DNA of 64,000 nt from Tubiluchus corallicola (Eukaryota > Animalia > Priapulida), in NCBI GenBank assembly GCA_030141605.1, contig JAQGDQ010000681.1:1-64000 (forward strand), given 5' to 3'. Below, piece by piece: positions 32,625 through 44,600 of this stretch. The translations under genes and the position numbers were made by a program. The notes under the pieces are model-generated. The model worked only from the letters and a program-made list of their open reading frames with translations. It ran no database searches and was not told the origin of the DNA. Every line of letters begins with the position of its first letter. Within the stretch, counting starts at the first letter, position 1.

Positions 32625-33235
32625 TCCCAGAGCACTGAACATCATAAATGTCTTTTTTAAATTGTGTTCATAGTTCTAGTTTCCCAGAATACTGAGCATC
32701 ATGAACGTCTGTTTTACATAGTGTTCATAGTTCTAGTTTCCCAGACTACTGAACATCATGAACGTCTGTTTTACATAGTGTTCATAGTTCTAGTTTCCCA
32801 GAATACTGAACATCATGAACGTCTGTTTTACATAGTGTTCATAGTTCTAGTTTCCCAGAATACTGAGCATCATGAACGTCTGTTTTACATAGTGTTCATA
32901 GTTCTAGTTTCCCAGACTACTGAACATCATGAACGTCTGTTTTACATAGTGTTCATAGTTCTAGTTTCCCAGACTACTGAACATCATGAATGTCTGTTTT
33001 AAATAGTGTTCATAGTTCTAGTTTCCCAGAATACTGAGCATCATGAACGTCTGTTTTACATAGTGTTCATAGTTCTAGTTTCCCAGACTACTGAACATCA
33101 TGAACGTCTGTTTTACATAGTGTTCATAGTTCTAGTTTCCCAGAATACTGAACATCATGAACGTCTGTTTTACATAGTGTTCATAGTTCTAGTTTCCCAG
33201 AATACTGAACATCATGAATGTCTGTTTTAAATAAT
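32625..33235. repeat. 57-bp minisatellite, about 10.5 copies
   Basis: Unit gtgttcatagttctagtttcccagaatactgaacatcatgaacgtctgttttacata. Confidence 0.95.
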
Positions 33236-35029
33236 TTTCATAGCCTACAAATAATCTACATATTTCATTATTGTGTAAATTTGCGTGCATATTTTTCTAC
33301 ATACTATTATTACATTGTTTATGCACCTTTTTTTGCACATTCATTCATTTCTAATCTACGTTTTGATTAATGTTTGTTAAATTAGATCTCAATTAAAACG
33401 TTTTTGCATTTGAAGTGATCTGAAGTTTAATGTAAGAAACAAATTTTCTTGCCTATATTTCATGGCTTCTTTATTAATCAAAGTTGTAATTTCCCTAAAA
33501 CCTGGTGCTGTTTTCGGAAAATATGTTGGGTTTTGTTCATGAAACTTCGGGGAAAATTGCAGGATAAATGTACTATCAACTGCGGGTCTTTCCTGTATGT
33601 GTAAATAAAGCTACAGTGAAATGTGGCACGAGAACACCGAATGTACACCCTGCCGTAACTGGTAAACTATCGTTCCTGGCGCCATCTAACGAGCAAAAGG
33701 TGCGAAAAAACTACAGGCTTTCTTCACAAATGACACGACGTTTTCGCACCTGATTCGTTCTCATGTAAACCATCAAGTAAAGATTGTCAGAAAATCTTAC
33801 TTAGAACATTTGCTAAACTGAAACTCCATAATGTACGCCGTATAAAGTCACGTACGCCAAAAAATATAATTGATGGAAACTAGTACAGAAAGAAACCCTT
33901 CAAGTTTGAAACAAATAATTTAACTGTAGATCAGTTAATGAAAAATGATGTCGTTTTTATATTCACAATAATATCTTTCGAATCGTGCCCACCGGGACGA
34001 ACGTGGGGCAAAGAACCTCTTGCCCATTTTTCAGCCGTTTTTTTGCAAAACTCATACCTTTTATTTCTGGAAAACGGGAATGGGTCATGGGTGGTGCTGG
34101 CCATGGATAGATAGCCCGTTCAACGGTGGGTGTCATAGGCATATTTAGAATATGCAATTTTAATGTTGTAATTTTAAACAAACAAATTAATATAAACATA
34201 ACCTTGATAAACTCTTGAACAAAAAGATTGTTTTTCTACGAATAGCCTAAATGGTCGTAGTTCAAGAATATGCTGGTACACAGCTTTTAAACATGTGACA
34301 ACTGACAACATGTACTGCAATGAGCGACAGTACTCTTTCTACCTAAAGTACAGCGTGTTATATCAGACATATGCGCATGCGCACAACAGCCTAACACCAC
34401 GTTGCTTGAGCTGTGAAGCAAACAGTACTACCCTCACGTGCTCTGGCTGCGTACAAGTATACCATACAAGTCTTCCTTTAAGGGCCTACAATGTTTATTA
34501 ATGGGTTCCAAAAATCAAAAACTATAACACAAATAATAACATAAAAAACTTGATAATTAAGGCGATATTTTCAAAGTGTTGAAATGATCGTCTATCACGT
34601 TCTTTACGGTCTCATAAACATTGTTAAAATAACTACAAATTCTTTGTGTAATGTTCGCTTGTGGTGGCATAATACAATAAATCATGACACACAACAATAA
34701 CACAAATAACAATTAACGATATAACAAACTACGCCAATGACGTTTACATCACTGTTTAAAATGTTCTTGCATACAAAATTTTCATTCTTATTCAGCCTGA
34801 CGTGTAAACAGTATGCACATTTTCTGTGAATCACTTCAAAATAAATAATATTAAGTCTAAGTAGAAATATATCTGGCGTTCGTATCATATGAAAAGTTAA
34901 ACAGCTTCCGTGTTGATACATTATATGCAACCTTGAGTTTGTTAAGATTGTAAGAATAAAAATGTCTTCAAGTGAACATACAATAAAAAGTAGTGCAGTA
35001 AGCATTAAACAATTGTCTCTTCACGTTAA

Positions 35030-35320
35030 CTGAACAGTGATTAAATTCCATGAGTAATTAAACTGAACATCGTCGTAATATATCTAAATCATCTCTATTG
35101 TCATCTGATAAAATATGACCCAGATATTTTTCCTTTTTACTAGGTACAAAATTTTTACACTGCAAAACAACAGACCCAAAAGTAAACTGCTGCATGTGGG
35201 CAGAGTGAAACGTTAGAGGCATTATAACAAGGTTTGACTGTACGTTATTTGTTCTACCATAGTAAATTGAGCATTGTCGTAATATATCTAAATAATTTTT
35301 ATTGTCTTCTGATAAAATAT
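35030..35320 (-). mobile_element. Degraded LINE ORF2 fragment with an internal duplication
   Basis: EKYLGHILSDDNRDDLDILR and a second YILSEDNKNYLDILR copy. Confidence 0.5.
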
Positions 35321-36092
35321 AGTGTGGCGCCATCTAGTAATTTGTGGTATTTATGAGCGCTTGTCCACGAAAGGTGTTTTGGAAATGTTTTCATAATATA
35401 ATTATTATGCATAAAAGCAAGAAGTTAGCTACGTACATTTGTTCCAGGCCCACCCGCGATAAGTGAATTTCCGCGAAGTATGGACGCTATACTTATTTAA
35501 GTAGTTACACATTATTTTAAGTCTTTATAAACCCTCCCCACACTTTTATACATAACTCTTTCCCATTCCCTTAATAACTTTCCCCACACTGAACATGTAT
35601 CTTTTAAAAATCTTTGCTTAAATGTTCATAAAAATGTTTTAAACTCTTAAACCTTGTGGCATCTCAAGCGGGCGCAAGTGCTACATTTCGTTTTTGGTGT
35701 GTATTCATCCACCGAATTTACTGTAAATGGTAATTTTATATGATTTATAATATTTTTTTAATGTTAGAATTAATATTTTTAGTATGCTTTTATGCATTTT
35801 GTGATTTTTTTATGCAAAATTCATCACATTACTGTACAATACGTACTACGCGTGCGCAAAAATACGTTAGAGAGTTTAGACGGAGTACCGCAAAAACCCG
35901 CGAAACAGCAAAAATACAGCGATAAATATTTTGAAAACCCGCGAAATAGCGAGTCCGCGATAAACGAACCGCGAAGTAGCGAGGGAACACTCTACTATGT
36001 TTTATAAGAATACAAAATTAGCTGTAGCAACTAAGTGCAGATTTTGCAGAAGGGACACGCGTGCATTTTTATGTGAATTAGTAACAATGCTT

Positions 36093-36496
36093 AAAGTAAA
36101 GATTTTCTAATGAATTTTGTAAAACATTGTTATTTAAAAGCATTACAAAATTACAATTAAAAACGTAAAATAAGACATTTTCGCATTTTGACAAGATATT
36201 TTACCTAGCTGTTGTTCTAAGGTGGTCTAATAAAGAATGTTAGATAATTATAGTTAGAATTTAGAAGTAGAATTTAAAAGCAAGTAAAAATTTTAACTAT
36301 AATTATCTAACATTCTTTATTAGACCACCTTAGAACAGCAGCTAGGTAAAATATCTTGTCAAAATGCGAAAAAGTTCTTATCTTACGTTTTTAATTGTAA
36401 TTTTGTAATGTTTTAAAGAACAATGTTTTACAAAATTCATTAGAATATCTTTACTTTTAGAATTTGGAAGTAGAATTTAAGAGCAAGTAAAAATTT
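36093..36496. repeat. Inverted duplication of about 163 bp whose 39-bp spacer is itself repeated (A-B-A'-B)
   Basis: 36093-36256 is the near reverse complement of 36294-36457; tagaatttagaagtagaatttaaaagcaagtaaaaattt at about 36255-36293 recurs at 36458-36496. Confidence 0.9.
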
Positions 36497-36549
36497 GATG
36501 TGCCTTTCTATTTGTAAATATCAGACGGGCATCGCGTGGCATATTTACT

Positions 36550-36579
<30 letters not shown>

Positions 36580-36584
<5 letters not shown>

Positions 36585-37494
36585 TTCTTTATTTGTCATA
36601 AAAACGGTTCACTCATTATAATAAAATTGAGTTAGCCTCAGCGTAATGTTAAAATAACAACACTGTTCAAGACAAATGCGTCCAGTGCATACTAAAAAAA
36701 ACTAAAGTGCAAAACTACTTACAATAAATGAACATATTTACAAATACCATATTAAAATATTTTTACAAAAATTATAAGAAAGTACGTTAAATTTTACATG
36801 ACATAGTGTACACTATTTATACATTTAACATTACGAAACACGAAACTAACATAACATAACATTACATTACATAATTTTTTTTTAAATTTTCATTTTTAAT
36901 CATTATATGGAGTCAGGGGCGGGGGTAGATGAAAGTGGAGTCTGTGTAATTAGCATCAGATGCACAATGTGGAAGTTGAAACCTGTTATATTGATATCCT
37001 TTTAATTTCTTTTTAAAGTGGTGGAGAGATTCTATTTGTTTTATTTCACTGGGTAGTAAGTTCCATAAATGTATGGCCTGTTTTGATATAGAGTTATTTC
37101 CAAATTTATTGTTTACTGTAATTTGCTTTAAATTGTATGTTCTAGTGTTCAATGTGGTATCAGGAATAAATGCCAAGGAATTGTTTATAAATGGAATGCT
37201 CAGTTTATTTATATACTTATAAAGAAATATCAGTGTTTTGTAATCTCGATAGGCTTCTAATATTGGTATTTTTGTGGACGTTCTTAAGCTTGTTGCAGAA
37301 GCAGCATGTTGTTTAGCAGTTTTATTAGAATAGCCATGAATTAATCTAAGTGCGTAGTTTTGCATTGTATTTAGTTTTCTAAAGTTTTCATTTTCAACGT
37401 TTTGAAGTAAAGTGCAACCATATAGATAATGTGGTAATATTAGACTTTTGTAGATGAGAATTTTTGTTTTCTTGGTTAGATGATGGTTATTCAT
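36580..37494 (-). mobile_element. L2/CR1-type LINE 3' fragment ending in AATAAA and (TA)n
   Basis: 193-aa ORF 36913-37494 nearly identical to 12803-13370. Confidence 0.8.
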
Positions 37495-38515
37495 GGTTAT
37501 TCATGGGAAATATAAGAGTGAAGTTTAAAAGTTGTTAAGAGTTCAGTCTTCTTCTTCTTTTTCTACTCCTTAACGTCCGTTGTAGACACTGAACACTATC
37601 GTTTATTAGAGCACTCCACGGTTTCCTGTCTGCAGCTAACATTTTCAAATCCAGTGAAGCTTTTGTTAAAGGAAAGGATAAGTCTCTCACTACGTTGGGT
37701 TTATTTAACTGTTATCACTTAAACTGTTTGTGGTGTGCTAAAGGAAAGGACAAGTCACTCAGTATTTTGGGTTTATTTTACTGTTATCACTTAAACTTAG
37801 AAGAATATAACCAAGAAAGTTTAAAAAAAACTTCCTATAAAGCATAAATTTAAAACACGCTGCTTCTGAATAGAATCTTTCATGCGTGGTGGTTGCCGCC
37901 ATTCATTTGAAAATCATGACGTAACTGGGAGACTTCGTGACACTTCGTAAGTGCACGCTGCTTAAACGAATTCAAACTTCTGAAGCTTTCCTAACATTCA
38001 AGCAAAACCGTTACAAAATCTGTTATCTAATGTTTTTGTAAAAACCTGTTATACTTTTGCTGAAGGTTGACAGTGCGCTACTTTTGTTCAGGACAAATGA
38101 CGTCATTGGAAGAAGAATGGGCATTGAAAATGGCAGCGCGCAAGTATGAAGTGATCGCGACTTTAAAGTGATTTTACTAATTATTCGAGTCGTTTATTGC
38201 AGTTTTGTTACTAAATTCTTTTAACATTTTTTGCGAACATAGATATTTCTTATTAGCCCAACTTATTTTCGCCTTCTCTTTAAATTTGGCGTCAGTCAGG
38301 GAGAGATCAACCATCAAGCTAAAAATTGAAGCTATAGCCTTAGGGTCTAATTATAATAGCCCCCCCCCCACGCCCCGGAATCCTAAAATCGATGTCCAAG
38401 CAAACAGAGATAATGTATAGTGAACAGGATAAGAAAGTTATTAAAGTTGAACGTGCTCAGGACTAGTATAATATTTGTTTTTTTATGTTTTTGTGCACTG
38501 CCAGTAAGCGCTTGA

Positions 38516-39655
38516 GTGACTGAGCCTATATATTGAACTCAAAGTTATATTGTTGAACATAGACGTAGTGACTGAGCCTATATATTGAACACAAAGTTAT
38601 ATTGTTTAATATAGACATGGTGACCGAGTCTATATATTGAACACAAAGTTATATTGTTTAATATAGACATGGTGACTGAGCCTATATATTGAACACAAAA
38701 TTATATTGTTGAACATAGACGTAGTGACTGGGCCTATATATTGAACACAAAGTTATATTGTTTAATATAGACATGGTGGCTGCGCCTATATATTGAACAC
38801 AAAATTATATTGTTGAACATAGACGTAGTAACTGAGCCTATATATTGAACACAAAGTTATATTGTTTAATATAGACATTGTGACTGAGCCTATATATTGA
38901 ACTCAAAGTTATATTGTTTAATATAGACATGGTGACTGAGCCTATATATTGAACTCAAAGTTATATTGTTGAACATAGACGTAGTGACTGAGTCTATATA
39001 TTGAACACAAAGTTATATTGTTTAATATAGACATGGTGACCGAGTCTATATATTGAACACAAAGTTATATTGTTTAATATAGACATGGTGACTGAGCCTA
39101 TATATTGAACACAAAATTATATTGTTGAACATAGACATAGTGACTGAGCCTATATATTGAATACAAAGTTATATTGTTTAATATAGACGTAGTGACTGAG
39201 CCTATATATGGAACTCAAAGTTATATTGTTGAACATAGACATGGTGACTGGGCCTATATATTGAACACAAAGTTATATTGTTTAATACAGACATGGTGAC
39301 TGGGCCTATACATTGAACACAGTTATATTGTTTGACATAGACATGGCGACTGAGCCTATATATTGAACTCAAAGTTATATTGTTTAAGATAGACATGGTG
39401 GCTGCGCCTGTATATTGAACACAAAATTATATTGTTTAATAAAGACATGGTGGCTGCGCCTATATATTGAACACAAAGTTATATTGTTTAATATAGACAT
39501 GGTGGCTGCACCTATATATTGAACACAAAATTATATTGTTTAATATAGACATGGTGGCTGCGCCTATATATTGAACTCAAAGTTATATTGTTGAACATAG
39601 ACATATTGACTGAGCCTATATATTGAGCACAATTTTATATTGCTTAATATAGACG
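38516..39655. repeat. 52-bp minisatellite, about 22 copies
   Basis: Unit gtgactgagcctatatattgaacacaaagttatattgtttaatatagacatg. Confidence 0.95.
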
Positions 39656-39869
39656 TTGTGCTAACGTGACCTGTTCGAACGGGTCCGTGACCGGATACCT
39701 GTGTCAGCGTAAGGAAGCGGAGTTTTTGTTATTTGTTAATTAGATAATTGAAGTTTTTGGACATTTATATTTTTTTCACGCATTATAATTTGAACGATAT
39801 TTTAGAAGTTTAAGATTCGGTGTTATAAGCGTGTGTTATAAAGGGCATACATATATATATATATATATA

Positions 39870-40570
39870 ATAATCTTTATTTGCCAATAAAAACATTGAT
39901 AATCACTGATAAAAACTTTACAGAGATAATCAATCAGTGTTAGTTAATAAAAACATACACTGCTGAAGGCAAATGCGTCAGTGCAATCTAAACTACTGTG
40001 CAGTAATGGCGAATAAAATCAAACATATTTACAACTATACACAAAAAAAAAACAAAAAACTATGATTTAATTAATATGGCCGTGGGTATATGAATTCTGA
40101 ATTAGTGTGTATGTTGTCGTACTGGTGTGATGGTATTTCATATCTGGTTAATATTAGTGATTTTAATTTTGTTTTAAATGCTGATAGGGACTTGATTTGT
40201 TTAACCTGTAATGGTAGAGAATTGCAAAATAAAATTGCTTGTTTGATTACAGAGTTCGTTCCATAGTGGGTATTTGTCCTAATTTGTTTTAGATTGCTTG
40301 TTCTGGAATTAACGATAGGATTTGGAAAAAAGGTAAATCTGTTATTTTGGAATGGTCTGCTGATGTTGTTAATGTATTTAAATATAAAAAGCAGAGTAAA
40401 ATATTCTTTGTGTGCTTCAATGATTGGGAATTTTAAAGTTTTTCTCAGGTTAGTTGTTGAAGCTTTGAATTTTCATCATTTGAAGCATCACAACAGACCC
40501 ACACATGCATACAGCATGCTTCACCACAAAACAGTTGAATACTCGAATACTGTTTATACCTTTGTACCGA
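39870..40570 (-). mobile_element. Diverged relative of the LINE 3' fragment at 36580-37494
   Basis: Similar 3' end (tctttatttg..ata after a (TA)n run; aaatgcgtc.agtgca) and ORF2 C-terminal remnants. Confidence 0.55.
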
Positions 40571-40922
40571 GTTTATTTTCTCTGGCTTTAAAACAGCAGC
40601 AAGAGTGAAGAAGAAAAGGAAGAAAAAGAAAGACAATAAAAAATGTTTCTTTACAAAAACAACACAGCTCACAAAATGCACATGTATGGATTATATCACG
40701 TGAGCAATGATATAAATGTACTTTATAATAAGTGATACAACAATTAAAAATTACCAGTTATGCTTACCAGTCCCTTTATTTCCCACAAAGATTGTGTACA
40801 TATAAATGATACGTAACAAGTAATAATAACAAACTGTACCAAAAAAACTAACTGTATACAATTAAAATGCTTCGGTGAGCGTTGAAAGAAAATCTTATAA
40901 GCAGGACAAGTTTTATACCAAT

Positions 40923-41424
40923 CAGGTCCTATTTCAGCTTAAGCGAGGCCCGGGGAAGGGGGACGTCTGAAGCCCCCTCAGGGGGGGGGCGAAGCGCCGT
41001 GGGCAGGCGCCACCATGGTTGGTGCCCAGAAAATTTTTTAACTGCTAGAAGCATTTTCGAAGAGAAAATATGGAGTTATACAGTTGTTAAAGGAAAGAAC
41101 AATTGAAAAAAAAACTGCTTTATTCTCAAGACAAGTCCTTGATACTTGCGAAATAGTCAAATCAAAAACAACATCTTTGCAATATGTTATACCGTACTCT
41201 CACTTCCGTACAAGCCGGCGTTAGAAATTCCGAAATTGAAAACAGCTGAACATCGGCACCGAGCCGCACAAGGCAAACGGCGTGCGTGCGGCAAGAGAGA
41301 GAGGGAGAGAGAGGAGGCAATATGTTCGCATAAAGCAAAAAATAATGTTACCTCGGTGCGAGACCCCCTGGAGGGTGAGGCACTGGGAAAGTATCCCCAC
41401 TTACTGCCCCTGAAATAGGGCCTG
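40923..41424. mobile_element. hAT MITE
   Basis: TIR caggtcctatttcag / ctgaaatagggcctg; perfect 8-bp TSD ataccaat (40915-40922, 41425-41432). Confidence 0.9.
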
Positions 41425-41686
41425 ATACCAATAAGACAGATTTGTTTAACACAGCATTCAACCCCTCAAGAAAAAACAATGAAATTTTCACAGTTCTAAA
41501 CTTCAGAAGTAATCAGTATGTAATATCCTGTTTCCTTAATAAGTGTAAAATTGGTCCTTTTTCAACACACGGAGAATTTGAAATCCACCAATACCTCACA
41601 AATTAACAATCAATACCGTAACGCAACAGAATCAGTAAAAAACACTTTACGGGTGCAAGAAAACGTTTAGCTCAGCTGCTTGTATG

Positions 41687-44600
41687 TCATAGCTCGTCAT
41701 TGTAAACCGTTATATACGTATTTAACACTTCCGTACTGAGCTGGCGTAGCTGTTCGAAGTAGTCATCATCATCACCGTGGTCGTCAGCATCGTGCAAATT
41801 TTCATAAAAATGTACGAGATCTCTGAGAGATGCTATCACCTGAAATAATGATAAAAAATCAATAAATGAAAAATCGCTGAGCTTCAGACACGGGTAATAC
41901 TCGATTATGAAAGTCAAGACAAAAATATGTCTCGTTAACTTAAAATGGCAATCTCGTGGTTTAGTGTATTTTAAATCCACAGATGTCGCCACGGTCTTGT
42001 GAAAATTAATTCGTTTTTATGTCTAGCAATGCTTAACAGTGTATTGCATTTATGTCAATAAATGAAAAGTCACTTTTGACGAGCGTGGAGGCAACAGACT
42101 TGGTCAATGCATATCTGTTAAACCTGCAGCTTGTCGGAAATAGCTGCCCAAATCAAAGTGATTATTTAACGTTTTGCTGTATCAGTCTAGCAAACGTATT
42201 AAGCCATGGTTAAATGAAATTACTTTTCTGCTGTACAAAGTATTGTAAACATGTTAGGTTAGGCTATGCAAAAGCCAAGTGAACGACAAATTTACAGTCC
42301 ATGAATTCTGTAATTAAAAATAAATTCAAGAAACTAGTTTTCAGAAATAGGCCTATGTGAGCCGGTTTAGGAAATCATGCAAGTGTACACAAGATTAAGC
42401 TACTCACTAAGCTAAGTTGGAGTGCCTGAAGAGGGCGCTTTTCTTAATTTTATCCAATTAAATCGCTTATAAATGTCGAGACAACTACCATGACTGGATA
42501 GCCGAGGTCGTCCTCAATAGAATAGTACCTAATTTGTTAGCATTTAGTTTTGCTTGTGCACATACAGTAGCAAAAACACGTCTTAGAAGACCCATTTTGA
42601 ATGGTGCGGTCCTCAGGGAGTTAATAAACTCTTCGAGACGTTGTTGTTGGCATCCTTCTGTCTCGGAAGACAATGGAGTGTGCGCGAAGAGAGTCAGTTA
42701 TTGATCACATTGATGGAGCTACAGCGTCGACTGTGACTGAGCGGTCCGATCCTTGAACCACTGGAGTGGCCTCTCCAAGGCACATGCCTGGGCAAGGTGT
42801 ATGGAGATCCTGAGTTGCCCAGACAACAGGAACCCCCTCTCTTCCTCCCTGTTGTAGTCCAAAGGAAAGCGGAGCGATACATTTGGCACCAGGTTGGCTA
42901 CAGGAGCTGCCAGAGTCAGTGAGCATGCTGCACTGGTCTGCCTTCGGGGCTCCACTCCTGATTTAGAAGGTTTACGCCTCTACACATGGCCGTTGGGTCA
43001 CTTTACCTCCTCCGCCCTCTAACCGTTGGCTGCTTGTGCAGCTCCTCCGCCTAGTGTCGAGATACAGTGTGGGCATCCCGCGAGCCTACAGCACCTGATA
43101 TTCCTAGGCGGTCACCCATCCAAGTACTAACCAAGGTCCATGTTGCTTAACTTCGGTGATCAACGTGATATGGCCGTAGTTTTCCAAGACATTACCTTCA
43201 GAAATGACATTTAAAAACCAAATAAAATACAATTTCAGTCTGAGTGCTTTAACTCGACAACACCAAAGGCAGGAATCAAACAAGTTCTCGACACAGTTGT
43301 GATTTGCCAGCCGTGACTCCAAATGAGTTCTGATGAAGAGAGAACTCTCACAACACAAAAATGCTTGGACCAGAATCTTCCATAAGGCATCTGTAACTTG
43401 AAAAACACGCTTCTGGAAACCTTCCATGTGTCACATGTATTTATTTTAATTCCATACATGTCGTGTCAAATCTATTAAAAAAATCAGCACACATGTATCT
43501 GTAAACTGTAACGATGGCGAAATTCCATTTGTTTTCACCCCACACCTGTAATGTAATGGTTCTGTCCATTACAAAGCCATTGCATACTGGCCAGTACAAA
43601 TACGTTGGGATGTAATGGTTCCAGTGGTCTGGTAGGTGCTTTTTACCATCTCAGCACCTGTTCCGCTGGCATGGAGGAAGCAACAAGAACAACATGGCAG
43701 TTTACAATCAAATTTTTGCTGTTCTTGCACATTTATCTCATGATTTTCTGTAAATTCAACGGACCGTGCATATCAGCACCTCCCGGTTTCAATACAATCT
43801 TTTCTATACATGAATTCACAATCCCCTTAGTCGATATCTAGAGAAACTTACGAAGCTCTGTTTACACACCAGTCTCATTTGGCGCTTGGCCGTTGTACCT
43901 CTAACAAGGCTGACCAGGGGCTACTACAACAGATACAAACAAACTTCTGTCATATTAGCAGGCACACTTTGACCAAGGGCAGTTAGTAGCTGTAAAACAT
44001 GTGCAGCCTATTTACACATACCATAAGTCCCTTTCACACTTGATATACTCTGAGGTCTTGTTAGCCCAACTGGGCTCTGATGCATATATATTGGGCTAAC
44101 ACTGTTGAACAACCAAAGTTTAAAAGTGCAAGTGATAAGAGCTCTGTATCATAAGAACATTTTTACACCAATATAGGACATGTGAACGTATCAGTTGAGA
44201 GGTTCTCTCTTGCGAAGAAGAGAGTGGAAGCAACATGTCATCAACGAGTGACGGTGTTGCCGTGACGGCAGCGAAAATGGCCACTGCACTGAATAGTTTA
44301 ACTAACAGGTTAGACAAGCATCTCGACAAAAGTGCAGATGTCATTCAAAAACTTGCCACAACTTTCAAAGAACAACCCGAAATCAATCCGCCGGATTTCT
44401 TCGAAGATCTGCAAGGTGTGAGAATGCCCGTGATTCACATGTTTGCTGATCTGTTTAAAAGTCTGGGCGTTTTTACGTCGGCAGAAGTGGAAGACCTATG
44501 GAAACCACTCTACAGCCAGCCAGGTGTGCGGGAAGCCGTCGACGAATTCATCGAAATCCAAGATCGCTACCACGACACATTCAAAGACTTCAAAATTCCC

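Noticed and set aside
38516-39655. Regular arrays here and at 32625-33235 and 62970-63503 as possible CRISPR arrays
   Set aside because: Head-to-tail repeats with no unique spacers, no cas genes, eukaryotic context.
43084-43180. Functional 5S rRNA gene
   Set aside because: Internal deletion of about 20 nt, no oligo-T terminator, single copy in this window.
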